64,000 nt of DNA, taken from positions 620,001 to 684,000 of the forward strand of contig MU054212.1 in assembly GCA_013239625.1 (NCBI GenBank), written 5' to 3'. A program made the position numbers and the translations under genes. Below the pieces are notes generated by a model that did not search any database, was not told the origin of the DNA, and saw nothing but the letters and a program-made list of their open reading frames with translations. This document shows positions 24,912 to 37,322 of this stretch, in pieces (within the stretch, counting starts at the first letter, position 1; every line of letters starts with the position of its first letter). The DNA comes from Lama guanicoe (Eukaryota).

Positions 24912-27394
24912 TCTCTCTGTGCACCTTAAACGTTAGCTTTGGGAGGGAAGGTTTCGGCAATCACTTGATTTCTCCTTCCACTGGAGTACCTTTTACAGGC
25001 TCTGTCCCTCACAGAGAGCTGGAACACTCGATAAATTAGAAAGGAGTTCAATCCACGTAACTGAAGGAGGGGTGTCTCCTTGTGTCACCCACGGCTCCCC
25101 CAGAAGTCACATGACAAAACAACAGATGAGGAAAGGTAGCCAGAGAGAGCCCGGCACCCTCATAACCACCCCCACAGGGACACTCCCCAGACGTGCACAA
25201 AAACAATCAAATAAAATTACAAACACAGCACAACAGCTAGTTCACGTGAGATCAGGCAGTTCACTGCTGACTGGAAAAACCTCTTCTTGCCACACAGTTG
25301 ACTAACAGATCGGCTGTTATGGAGTCACATGAACAAGCACAACCTGCATGTGCTTCAGCGTCTGGCCTCCCAGTCAGACGCAGTCTGCGTGCATGCAAAC
25401 AAGACCCGCACCACGAATCGTCATCTAAAGGATGACCGGGCCAGCTCAAAGTGCCGATGTGGAGCCGAGAGGGAAAAACAAGTTTGGGCTCCTTCTCGTA
25501 CGAGAGGAGAGAGATTTTAAACAGGGGGAAATGAGCAAATGACTCTTTATACAACAAATTCCACTTTGGGGGATAAAACAGGAGAACAAGTGTCGGGCAG
25601 GATCAGGTCGGGCCCCTGGGGCCCCTGGGGGACCAGGCCACCAAGATGTCTCTAAGGCACGAGAGACAAGAGCTGTTTTCACAAAGTCACACCAAGTAAA
25701 GATCTACTAAGTCTTTCAAATCCACATGTCATTCCTATTATGTGTCAACACTTAGCTTTCCTATTATGAAAGTCTGCTCCTTCAGATTTCCCAAGAACTG
25801 CCCCATTTTATTAGCATGCTCCCTAGCATGACACGGGCAATTGGTTCTGCCCGGAGCCTGCCCTCTGGGCTGGGCACATACAAGCCTCGAAGGGCTCTTT
25901 GCTGGTTACCCTCTGTCCGGCCACATCTTGGGGGACTTAGTTCCAGTGATATGGATGGTGGATCTTCATAAGGAAAAGTGAACTCGAACAGAATTAATGG
26001 CACAATTAAAGAAAGACATGCACCTACCAGAGCATTACTGGGGGCGGGGGAAGGCACTTCACAAGGTGCAGCAGAACTGCACATTTATTTCTGCCCTGGT
26101 GCACAAACCGGCAGAGATGTGTAAAACAAGATCGTGTATTTAAGCATTCACTCGGGACTCATTTATCACGCCATCCTACAATGAACCAAGGACTCATCGA
26201 CTCATCCCCCAACAGAGGCCCTGTAAACTTTCCCAATTAATTGGTGTTTGCGTTGCAAAAAATCACTTTAATTTTAGTTGCTCTAAATTATCTTGGATGC
26301 TGACAGCACTCATATAAACTCTGCAGCCAGAACACTCACAAAAATTCAGGGTATTTCCTTAGTAAATGAACTAAAGAAGATTCATTCAGGTCAAAAGTGG
26401 TGAAAACCCAGAATCGTTATCATAGTTTTGCAGCACAGAACATTGTGGTGATCAATGGCACTAAAAATAGCCCAGAAAAAATTAGGAGTTCATAATCGGA
26501 AACAAGAAAAACAACAACTTTATCCAAAGCAGCAAGATGTCCGTTAACATCACTCATTTCCCTAGGAATTATTTTGACAATAGGAAATGGAATTTAATTT
26601 TTTTTCCCTTTAATCCCGAACTGTATTTCCCCTCCCATAGGTCCTCTGGGAAAACCTTGTTTTTAAAGGAATAATTCCCAGATAACTAGCTTCTTGCTGT
26701 TTCCATACAGCTCAACAGACACAGAGCGGCTCCTGAACGAGCCGCTTCACGTTCCCGTCGCTTCAACGGTGATGTCATGGAAAGACAGCGACATGTTATT
26801 ATTGCCCAGCTACAGGCTATAAAGGAAACTGTGCTACTGCCTCTGGGTTTTCATTTTCCATGAGAAATGATTCTCAATGCCCCAGCCGCTTAGACTGTGA
26901 AAAAGAAAAATGATTTAATTAGGAAAAGTCATAATTAGATTTTGTAAGCTCACTTCTTTCACCATAGAAGTTACATCACAGCACAGCTTCATTGGGTTTA
27001 ACAATTTATCTTCATCAGATGATTCCAGAACACATCAAGGTGCTGAATAACTGCCCGAGGAAGAAAATAAAAGGAATACGAAACTGCTACCCAGAAAGTT
27101 ATCTAATCAAATGAGCTTGTAAATGTGATGGGAAGAAGGAGGGAGGAGACTTAAGCAGCTGAGAAAACGGGAAGAAGTGAAAATAGTGAAGTGTGATTAC
27201 CTTTTACTGTCTGGGAAGTGGGGAAACCCTGCCACCGGCTCTCCACGCCCTGCGGCTGGTGGCAAGGATGATGAGAATGATGACGATGATGATGAAGAAA
27301 AAGGAGTAATCATGCCCGTTTCAGCAGCACAGATACTAAAACCAGAAAGATACCAAGAAGGACGACATGCAAATTCGGGGAGCATTCTGCATTT

Positions 27395-27538
27395 TCTGTA
27401 ACTATGTAAGCAGAGATGTGTTAACTAAATTTATTGTGGGGGTCGCTTTGCAATATATACAAATATCATTGTGTTGTACACCTTCAACTAATATAACATT
27501 ATATGGCAATCATACCTCTATAAGCCAGAGGAAAAAGA
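27395..27538 (+). mobile_element. L1MA9-like 3' end
   Basis: tgtaactatgt...gttaacta...tattgtgg...tttgcaatatatacaaat...tgttgtacacct. Confidence 0.75.
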
Positions 27539-28729
27539 AGTAAGTAGTAACGGAGCAGGAAGTAGAAGGCAGAGGGGAGCTAGCATTCTGTTCAGCACAG
27601 ACCAGACCCAGTGAGAGAAGAATGCAACGGGGATTGCGACCACACTTTCAGGACTGTTCTGTCGTCTGTCCTGTGTCTGTGTGCGCCAGAAACGGAATGC
27701 AAATCTGGTTCCAGAACCTGAAAGATCTGTTTACTTGTCACCTTCTCAGAAATCCAAGATGTGATTCCATGTTAAGCTCTGGAACTTCCCTACAAATATA
27801 TCTTAAAAATTAGGCACAGAAAAAGTGTTATTTAGAAGTCATGAAATCTGTGTGATTCCAGGATAAAAGATACTAAGCTGCTTCTCCTTTATCTTTCTTT
27901 TTAAAAATTCCACCAGAAACAGCAAGAGTGTCACCCGCGGTCTTGGGGCACATCTGAAAATCAAACCCTCACAGCACCTGTGGAGGACACTTTCATACGT
28001 TCATCCCATACTTAAAACAGGTTGAGTTTTATCTAGTAAACTCACATAGTCAAGACTCCTTCTTAGTTCAGTATCTTGGCAATAGGTCAAGAGAAACGTC
28101 AACATGTCACTGGAAAAAGATGTCAGGCCACGCTCCTGAGACTTGGCCAAACAGCCTAAGGGGTCGGCAGTCAAAACTCAGAAAAATTCCTACCCACTTA
28201 AGAGTTCTTCATAAGGATAAACCAAACAGAGGCTGAAACTTACCAGCAGAATCTTCTCAGTTCTTTTAAGAAAAAACTCCTAGATGGGAAACAGTTCAGG
28301 ACTGTGGTCCTTTTACTACACAGGAGGTGTTGTTATGGAGACAGTTTTGCAGGCTCCCTGGCAATCCCAGTGTATAATTGAGGCTGGTGATCACAGAACA
28401 GCCAGCAAGTGGTCTCCATGGAGACCAACAAACATACATTCCCACAGCCACAGCAACTGTTCTGAATCAATGACTCTTTATATAGGTTTAAAAACTTTGT
28501 GAATGGTACATCAATTGCTTCTTTTGTTAGACAATGTCTGATTAAGGATGCTGTGAGAGCGCTCATTCTCCTGCGTGCTGAATTCTGAGCAGTGTCTAGA
28601 GTAGGCGGTTTCCAACTCAATTCACAACCTAGAACTAGCGAAGACAAACAGTAAATCCAGACTCAGGAAATCACTGGTTGATCTGGTGGAAGAATTAAAC
28701 TAGTGGTCGACAGAGCCAAGGAGAGCCTG

Positions 28730-28880
28730 CCAAATGCCAGCACTCACTATTCCAGGGCCGTCTAAATATTATGCAACCCTCTCAGCAAGGTAGACATTAT
28801 TGTTACACTTGTTTACAGAGGAGTAAACGAAGCACACACCGAGAAAGTAGCAGAGCTGGGACTCAGAGCGAGGTCAAAAT
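28730..28880 (-). mobile_element. MIR fragment
   Basis: caaccct...aggtagacattattgttacac..gtttacagaggagtaaac...gcagagctgggactc. Confidence 0.55.
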
Positions 28881-29269
28881 TAAGTCTGGGCTGGGGTTTA
28901 AGTGACGCTACATCACGCTCTGGGTTTGCACAGCACGCTGTGCTTCCACAGCCATCCTCACACACATTATCTCATATATGCTGCTTTTATCTTGAAACGT
29001 TGAGTCCAGGTTCTAGAATTTTCTGATTTTGCAGTATTGTACCCCTAGTTCCTGGCCTCCTCGCTCCACTTCTGCACCCACCACACACTCCAGACTCGAA
29101 GACTCATGTGGAACCATGTCTCAAAAAGCTGCCGCATCTCCCACCTGGACTGCGTGAGCAGCGTGTGAGCCTACGCAGTAATGGGAAGGGAAATCCCACC
29201 CCACAGCACCAACTGCAACTGTCCAAACTCTAAATAAAAACAGGGACAAACATTCCGATTAACCACTCA

Positions 29270-30700
29270 TGGCATTTATCTATGCTCTTCCATGAGAGAA
29301 GGTCAGATTGCTGAGTGCTAATGTTTTGTTAAAGATCTATGTTCATGAAGGATATTGATCTGTGGTTTTCTTACAACTTTTTTTTTTTGGCCTGGCTTTA
29401 GTATCAGGGTAACTCACTTTATAGAATAAATTGGGAGTTATTCCTTCTTCCTCTATTTTCTAAAAGAATTTACAAAGGAAAAAATATTTCTTCTTTAAAT
29501 ATGTGATAGAATTCATCAGTAAAGCCAAAGACTCTATTCACTGAGTCTTTCCTTTAATTCTTTAAACACGGTTTCCTTCAGATACCCGAACATATTTAAA
29601 TAGCCGCTTTGCAGTCTTTTTCTGCTAAGTCCTATATCTGAGGACAGGCACCCAGGCACAATTCCTAGTGACTGCTTTTTTCCTGTGCACAAATCATGGT
29701 TTCTTGTTTCTCCGAATGTCCTAATTTTTTCGCTGAATACAGGGTATTTTAGATAACATATGGTAACAACTCTGGATTCTGACTTTGTCCCAGAGCATTT
29801 TTGTTGGTATTGTTGCTTTGATTGCTTCATAATTTGCCCCCTGGACTATGTTTGTGAAACCTGTCTGCCATATAAGGTATGGTTCCTGAGGTCTTCCCTC
29901 AATTTTTCTTCTTGTTTTTATTTTTAAACCTGCCTTTCTAGGGGTCATTCCCATGTCTGCATAGCTTAGTGTTCTGGCAAAGACTAGTTCGAGGTTTGCT
30001 CAGACACCTTGGGCCAGAGAGGCTTCTCTCTGCTTCCGACTCTGTGTGTGGGCTGGGAACACATCCACACTTCGGGCTCTTTTCACGTCTGCCCTGGCTC
30101 TTCTTTCCGCCAGCTCTACCACACCTCCTCTGTGCATGCACGCGGGCTCTGTGGGCCAGGGATGCGTGAGTGCCCTGGGCACGCTCCCCCTCTGCTGCTC
30201 ATGCACACAGACTAAGGTCAATCTGGCATTTATGGAGAGCAAGCAAGCCCCCCGATGGCTGTCTCACCTCCCAGAACTACCTGTTAAGTCCCCAGCTAGA
30301 CCACTGGTCCACTGCTTGCCCCAAAGTGGCCTGGAAACTCAAGCTAGAGGAGCTACTGGCTCTTTTGTTCATTTACCACTGAGACGGCGACTTCACCTGA
30401 CAACACTCCAGAGTCAGCCCCTTCTGGAAGCAGCAGCAAGTCTCTTGGTTTCTGCACTCTGGTTGAAATATCATACTTACAGAGATGGGGAGGAGGGGAT
30501 GAGAGCAACCCTAGGCAAGACCGCCACAAACTCATGCTGTTCCTACTCAAAGTTTGTTAGTTTTTCATGAACAAATGCTTCTCAGTTTGTTGCGTGTTTT
30601 TGGTCAGTTAGAGAGCTGAAAGGGGTATCTTTGACAGTCTTTTTCCAGCTCTCTTGTTGCTTTTGGGGAGGATTTATCAACCTCCTCATTCTCTCAGGTC
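29270..30700 (-). mobile_element. Old L1M element: ORF2 remnant (29270-29530) joined to 5'/ORF1-region remnant
   Basis: tctatgttcatgaaggatattgatctgtggttttc...gtatcagggtaa...ttgggagttattccttcttcctctatttt is antisense ORF2. The following sequence gives the L1 ORF1-like ...NMFGYLKETVFKELKE. Confidence 0.8.
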
Positions 30701-31399
30701 ATAAGCCAGTTTCTCAGTCACTCCTTACCTTCCACTGGAATTAGAATGATTAATGCTACTCAGAAGTAGACCATGCAGGTAAAACGATCACCATGAAATT
30801 TATTTTCAAATAAAAATGTTTGTTCTTGTTTTCTGGGGGCCGGGGGAATCAACCAACAAACAAAGATGGCTAAAGGCACAAGTTTAAATGATTATTACAT
30901 TAGATTAAATTAATTAAGAAATTTCACTTTGAAAAGGTACCAACAAAAAAAAAAAGAAGAAGAAGAAAAGGAAAGAAATTTCACTCAATGGAAGCAGCAC
31001 CTGGAACCCTGTACCTTGACCCCTTCACACACATCAGAGAATTGAAATGCTCCACTAGAAAGAAGCCAGTCCCAGAGCATTTCAGTTAAGGTCACTCATC
31101 CCACAGCTGCCTTTCTGCTCCTTCTTACTTTCCCATGTTTCTACCTGATGCTTCTGCCATGGTCAATGGGATACACACTGGGCATTTTTATAATAGTGCC
31201 TTTTGTGAAGGGCCCATCAAAGTCCCCCAGTGTGGCCATGTGTCTGTTTTCCTTTCTGTATTGCCTCTGATAGGCGGAGAGCTTTCGGGCAAGTCCCTGG
31301 AGCACTGGACTCTCACAGCCTGCAGGAAGGAGGCTAAGAATTGCCCCATGCGCCCAGGAATCCGGTGTCTTCAAACCGGAGGATGCTTAGAGGGCTGGA

Positions 31400-31712
31400 G
31401 TTTTTTATTTTATTTTTTTATTAATAGACTTTATTTTTTAGAGCAGTTTCAGGTTCCCAGCAGAATTGAGCAGAAAATACGGCGAGTTTGCACATAGACC
31501 TCCCCACCCACACATATAGACCCCCCTACCCTCAACATCCCTCATCAGTGTGGCATATTTGGTACAATCAGTGAACCAACAGACACACTATTATCAACCA
31601 AAGTCCACAGTTCACATTAGGGTTCACTCTTGATGTTGTACATTCTATGGGTTTTGACAAATGGATAATGACATGTAGCCACCACTACAGTATCATACAG
31701 AATAATTTCATT
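31400..31712 (-). mobile_element. L1MC/MD-like 3' end
   Basis: agactttattttttagagcagtttcaggttc.cagcagaattgagcagaaa...ccaaagtcca.agtt.acattagggttcactctt...gtacattctatgggttttgacaaatg. Confidence 0.88.
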
Positions 31713-32017
31713 AGACGGCTCTTTGTTTGTTTGTTTGTTTTTGGCAAAAACTCTCATTTTCAGATGGGGAAATTAAAGCTCAAGGAAGTTAAGAGACTTC
31801 CTCAGTTCACCTTCCAGGAATGGGATAAAGATTCTGTCCTCTGACAAAACAGGCAGAAGCCCTCAGACATCGTCACCTGAGCACATGGCAGATCAGGCTC
31901 AGGGCCAGTGACCAGAGATGATTCCACTGGTCACAGAGATGACACTACACAGGTCTGAGAACACTGGTCACAGAGGCTCCTGAGACGGATGTTTCCCCAC
32001 CTCTCCCTGTCTCTTAC

Positions 32018-32111
32018 CTTAGCAAAGAAAATCCAGGCTGCACACTGCCCTGGGGCCATAAGGCTTTTTAGCTTCACTGTGCTCAGCATGAGAAAAAATC
32101 CTAAAAACCCA
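32018..32111 (-). CDS. TMEM241: TMEM241 coding exon ~13 (94 nt, phase 2-0): (S)GFLGFFLMLSTVKLKSLMAPGQCAAWIFFAK
   Basis: Acceptor attttctctttccag|T, donor AAG|gtaaga. Confidence 0.96.
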
Positions 32112-35100
32112 CTGGAAAGAGAAAATATACTTTTGTTAGTGAGACTGGCCTTCCTGCAGGCTGTAGCTACTTTCTGTTACATTTTATATTTACCTTTACA
32201 AGAATTAGTCAGTTTTTAGTTCTTATACCACTGATATCTCATCTCTGTTTTCTAGTGATCTCTGGGTTAAAAAGACCAAAAATTTTAAAAACCCATTAAG
32301 CTCTAGTTTGCTAAGGAGCTATGATGACGTCATTTCACTGGAGCTGGGGCGTGGATACAGAAGTTTGGGAGGACTCCGGCTAAATCATGACAGAAAAAAA
32401 ATCTGGAGGATAGTATCTCCTGTCCCCTCCCCTGTTACTTCTGGAGCTTGGTGCTGGCTAAGGCAGACCTTCAACTTTTTTCCCAAGCAGGACAAACTGT
32501 TAGGAAAAGACTTCCAGGAGGCAGTTTAGTAGGGAAAAAAGATGATTTCCTTGTCACCCAAATCACCCTCCACCCTGTTGTTAAATAATTAGGAGGTCCT
32601 TGTAAGACAAAGTGTCTGTCCTGGAAGCTACCTGCAGTAACTGCATTCCTGTTCATTGCCTGTTCTTGAAGGCTGTATCGCTCTGTTTCAGTTCTTTTAT
32701 TCCGACCTAGATGCACTTTCAGGAACCACTGTCGTGCCCCAGCTTAGGAAAAACTGTGGACCCGAAGGGAAAATCTTGGGAATTTTATACCAGGAGGAGG
32801 GGTAAATGTAAAATGACTTAATTTTCCACAGTAACACGGCTCATTGTATGCATACATGTTGACTGTGTAAACCTGCTGTACTTTGTGCTTGATTGTTAAC
32901 ACGGAAGAACAGCTGGAACATTTCTATAAGGAACAGAAAACATTTGTTTGGGGGATGATCAAACAAAAGGTGTCTTTTCTTTTGCATACAGCTTCATCAG
33001 AGTCCCTCCTGACTTGGCTTCCACATAAGTCAACACTGTTTAACAAGATACTTCTCTCCTATTTGTGGACTAAGGCCTTTCACCTTGGAATCCGACTTTA
33101 ATAAAACACTTAGATCATTCAGTTTGAAAAAAAGAAAAAGAAAGAATAAAAGACATCCAAAGGAAAACTCACCATATGAAGTCAGAGGGTCTGGATTGGC
33201 CCCTGGGTTCCAGGTAAGAACCCAAAGGGGAGGGAGGGTGGGCTGCATATTTAATAGAAGTCCCCTAAACCAAGGCCACCTACACAGAAGCTATGCTTTG
33301 GGGATGATGCCTGAAAGTGCGGCCACCTCCCACAGGAGCCTGAGGCTGGGCAGCGTCTCGGAGGCTATTCAGAGGTCTGGACCAGCAAGGCACTGGCACT
33401 GTACTGGACAGGGAAGCAGTGTGCTGTGCTGGAAGCATTTCAGAAAGCATCACGGTGTGGTCAGGGCCAAGGTAAATCGTGCTTCAGACAGAACGGCCAC
33501 TCTTCCTGGCATTTGGAGGCAGGGCAATTGGGGAAGAGGGTGTGGGAGAGAGATTCCATGACTTCCCGCAAATATGTAAAAGTGGGGTTTCAGCAGGACT
33601 TCTATTAGAGATTCAAATTGAAGAAACGAGATATGACTGCAGCTGCACCTCAAGCAGGTCATATGAGCTGTACCTCCTCCAGGGGGTCAAGGGCCACACT
33701 GCCATCTGACCTCTGTTATAGGTGCTAGGGTGTGGCTCCCATGCAGAGCATGAGCCCTGAGAAGGAGGGGCCCAATCCTGGGCTTCTCTGTATTTTCCTG
33801 ACAGAGCTGAACAAGATGCCTCGGTCACAGCAGGTGCTACATAATTGTCTGACAGGTGTATTTGGAAGCAGATTGAATTGAACACACCTAAAACCACATT
33901 TCACAGAGATGTGCGCCTTCACTTCGTTAGATTAGATTAGGTCACAGCCACATTCTTGGGACAGGACCAGAGACAGGGATTAGGTTTCTTTTGTGTGTAT
34001 TTCAGCCTCTTTGGCCTAATGATCTGCAAAGTTTGCTCAGATTGGTATCTCTGGTCATGCGAGTCTGGGCAGCAGTGGATTAAGACGTTGAGCCACTCCC
34101 ACAAGGAGCCCCTGTGGGGAGACAGCAGGCTGGAAATCAAGTGACCTGGGATTCCATTCCTGGCTGTGCTCACTGACCCTCATAATCTTGACCAAATCCT
34201 CATATCCCCCCTTTTTTTCTTGCCTCGGGTTCGGTTCGGTGTTCTTAAAGCAGGAATAAGCATCGTGCTCTTCACCCTATCTTATGGAAATCAGAGCTTT
34301 TCAAAACAGAAGTTTCACTTTATTAACAAGGAAACCAAGGCATAGGCACAATTGGAATCCAGGTTTTCTGGCTCTTTCAAAGCTCTGCACGGCCCTTCAG
34401 ACCTCATCATGGAAATGTGCTCCAGACCAGAGAGATGGAGGGAGAAGGTCCGGGTGCCCGCAGCTGCGGGGCTGGGAGTGGAGAGTGGGGCAGCCAGCGC
34501 TCCTCCTGTACTGTCCACACCCACCCTCCCCGCAGCCCCCGCTTCACAGGTGCCTGTCAATCTCCTGTACCTCCTTCTCCTCTCCTCTCCACGTCCAGCC
34601 AGGGAAGGGCAGAGTTCCATGCTGACCTTTCCCCTCAACACCAACTCTGCTCGGACTCAGCTACTCCTGGCTTGTGACCAACACACTTCTGAAAGCATCC
34701 ATGACTCTCCTCGTCACTTGACTTGCACATCGGTGAATCATCCCTAAATGACTCCCGGGTCCCTCCCTCATCCCGCTCCTTCTGCTTCCAGCTCTCCTAC
34801 CCCTCGCGGTGGAGGCAGATCCTAAAAGCACTGGGAGGACCCCAAAGTGAATGAGCCTGGGGCTCCCTGTTCACAGGGTCTCCAGGCCACAGCTACCACA
34901 GCCCCTCAGGCCCCCATGGCCCCTTCTGAGCCCCCCCCAGACCTCTGAAGGTGACAGCTCTTAGTCTGAAATAAGGTTATGGGGGAGTCGCGAGATGACA
35001 TGGGGAAACTGACACGTTCTTAAAAGAGGGTCAGCTTTGTACTGAAGCCAGAAGGTCGAATGTACTAGAGAATTAAATCAATTCCCATAAAGATTTCTAA

Positions 35101-35679
35101 ATCTTTTAAATGAAAAAAAAACTTATTTTTCATGTTGGGTTATGAGAAAGTTGCAGGTTAAAAGGGGTAGAAATGGAGGCAGAATGTCACCCCACAACAT
35201 GATCACCAATGGGCCGTGAACTGGGTTGCTCTGCTCCAAATAACCAGACGTGGTGGCCCTCCCTCCGCACACTGGTCACACACATGCCTAACAGCCAGGC
35301 CTAAAGGGAAGCAAGTCCACAGGCACCAGGGCGACACTGACACTCACACCCCATGATCCTAGCCAACCAGCAGGTGACGAGGCCTGACCAAGTTGATAGG
35401 AACTGAGAAGATGAATTCTGCCAGAGTTTTCCTGAAACATTTCTGGGGATGATAAATAAATCATTCTGAGGCTCAAATGCAGAAGCAAACTCTATAATAA
35501 TGATTTTTTGTTTGTTTGTCCTAACACACCCCCATCAGAAGCAGCACCTAGGTGCATATCAGCTTTTTTACTCTCTGTGCAGAATCACTGCTTCCCAAAG
35601 TAAGACCTACGTGTGTGGGAACAGGTGGTCTGGCTTTACGTAGCAATTGCTCCTGGTCTGTTGACATTTGATTTATGGG

Positions 35680-35890
35680 CAATAACAATGTCCATCATTT
35701 ATTGGGCTGGGCAAGATGCTTAGGACTTCGTGTATCTTATTTAATACACACAATCATCCTGTATTGGGATTATCTCTCCATTTTACAGATAAGAAAACTA
35801 AACTAAGGCTTGGGAGACCTAGAATAACTGGCCCAAAGACCACACAAATTAGCAAAAACACAAGGCTGGAATTCAACCCAAGTCTGGCCA
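35680..35890 (-). mobile_element. MIR SINE
   Basis: ccattttacagataagaaaact...ggctggaattcaacccaagtct. Confidence 0.8.
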
Positions 35891-36029
35891 TTTGACCGTA
35901 TCAGAATCCATGATTTGAGACTGTCCATAGAAGCCTTTCCATTTCTCAGCACAATAAAGTCAAGTGAAGTGGGGGTCATAGCAGGAAAGGGGGAATGGGG
36001 GTGGAATTTCTATATATCTAAATGTGTTC

Positions 36030-36195
36030 ATCTAGATAAAAAACAAGGTCCTACTGTATAGCACAGGGAACTATATTCAATAGCGTATAATAACCTATAA
36101 TGGAAAAAATACATACATATAAATCTGAATCACTATGCTGTACACTAGAAATTAACACAACATTGTAAATCAACTATACTTCAATTTTAAAATAT
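36030..36195 (+). mobile_element. Cetartiodactyl-type L1 3' UTR end
   Basis: aacaaggtcctactgtatagcacagggaactatattcaat...tgaatcactatgctgtacac..gaaattaacacaacattgtaaatcaactatacttcaat. Confidence 0.88.
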
Positions 36196-36788
36196 ATGAA
36201 CTTTCACTTATTAAAAAAACAGTATTTATCTAATTAGTCCACATCCCTGATACTTCCCAAGGCCAAGTATTAACATAATCACCTGTTGCCCAGACTTCTA
36301 GTCATTCTGTCTCTGAGTCTAAGGGTTCAGTCAAAGTTTTTTGGAGATTGCCCTTTAGGAACAAGACAGAGGTCAAGGTAGAAGCTGAGAGAGTGTGATT
36401 CTGGACCCAAATCTTCCCTTGAACTGAGTCAGTTCAATCACTTTTATACACTGAAGTTCTGTTTAAGAATTGCTCATGGAGAAAAACAAAACAAAAACAA
36501 AAACGAGGGACTCCTATCTTTTCTGCACGTCTGAAAACCACTGCCCTGGCTGAGGAGACTCTCAGGACAGGGGTCCTTGCAGGTCCCAGGCCGGCTCCGA
36601 GCACCTGAGGATGTCCGTAACAACCCACTGACGGCCGAGGAGGGGGCTCCCACACCCGCCCCGGCCACTGCTCTCTTCCGCCGCTCCTTCAGATGAGGAG
36701 CAGTGACCCGGGACTTCACGAAGACGCAGCCGGTAGTAAAGAAACACACAAATCCGTGGTGCGAGGGGGTTTTATGAATTAAGATTAC

Positions 36789-36858
36789 CTGGCGCAGCAG
36801 CTGCCATGGAATCTGTAGAAATACAGGAACGGAAAGTCCAGGACGCCGAGGAGATCAC
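36789..36858 (-). CDS. TMEM241: TMEM241 coding exon ~12 (70 nt, phase 1-2): (G)DLLGVLDFPFLYFYRFHGSCCA(S)
   Basis: Acceptor cttgctgtgcccctcag|GT, donor CAG|gtaatc. Confidence 0.96.
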
Positions 36859-37050
36859 CTGAGGGGCACAGCAAGTGTGAAACGCGGGCACGCACAGCAC
36901 GCACGCCCTCTGCCCCCTGCCCCCGGCTGCCCCGGAAACACAAGGCGAGGGTGTTAATTACATCAGCCCCCTGAGCACTGAGCTGCCAGGCGGCGAATTC
37001 ATTCTGGCATTCTCAGGTTTCCGTGTCATTGGCATTGTAGTGTAATAATT

Positions 37051-37096
37051 AACAACAACAACAACAACAACGACAACGACAACAACAACAACAACA
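37051..37096. repeat. (AAC)n trinucleotide microsatellite at a MIR tail
   Basis: About 15 units with two GAC variants. It produces the spurious poly-Val ORF 36958..37218. Confidence 0.93.
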
Positions 37097-37099
37097 AAT

Positions 37100-37322
37100 A
37101 ATGACACCACCACCCATTTAGTGAGAACCTGCGTTGCGCAGGGCCCTATGCTAAAGATTTTCAGTACATCATCTCTCCCAATCTTTGTAACAACTCCATG
37201 AAGTTTTGTTATCCCCATTTTAACTGGAGCTCAGAGGAGTTCAGAGATTTGTCTAAGATTGCACAACTCCTGAACTGTGGAGCCAGAATGTGCGCCCCAG
37301 TCACTCCAAGCCCTGAGCTCTT
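37100..37322 (-). mobile_element. MIR SINE
   Basis: catttagtgagaacct...ctatgctaa...acaactccatgaag....gttatccccatttta...ggagccagaat...ctccaagccctgagctc. Confidence 0.75.

Noticed and set aside
27177..27401. Plus-strand ORF with an acidic DDENDDDDDEE run
   Set aside because: Explained by a short imperfect (GAT)n repeat.
30046..30570. 174-aa plus-strand ORF and overlapping ORFs
   Set aside because: They lie within the degenerate 5' region of an old L1.
31900..31980. Repeated and inverted ctggtcac motifs just downstream of the exon 13 donor
   Set aside because: Short (8-14 bp) matches with no evidence of function.
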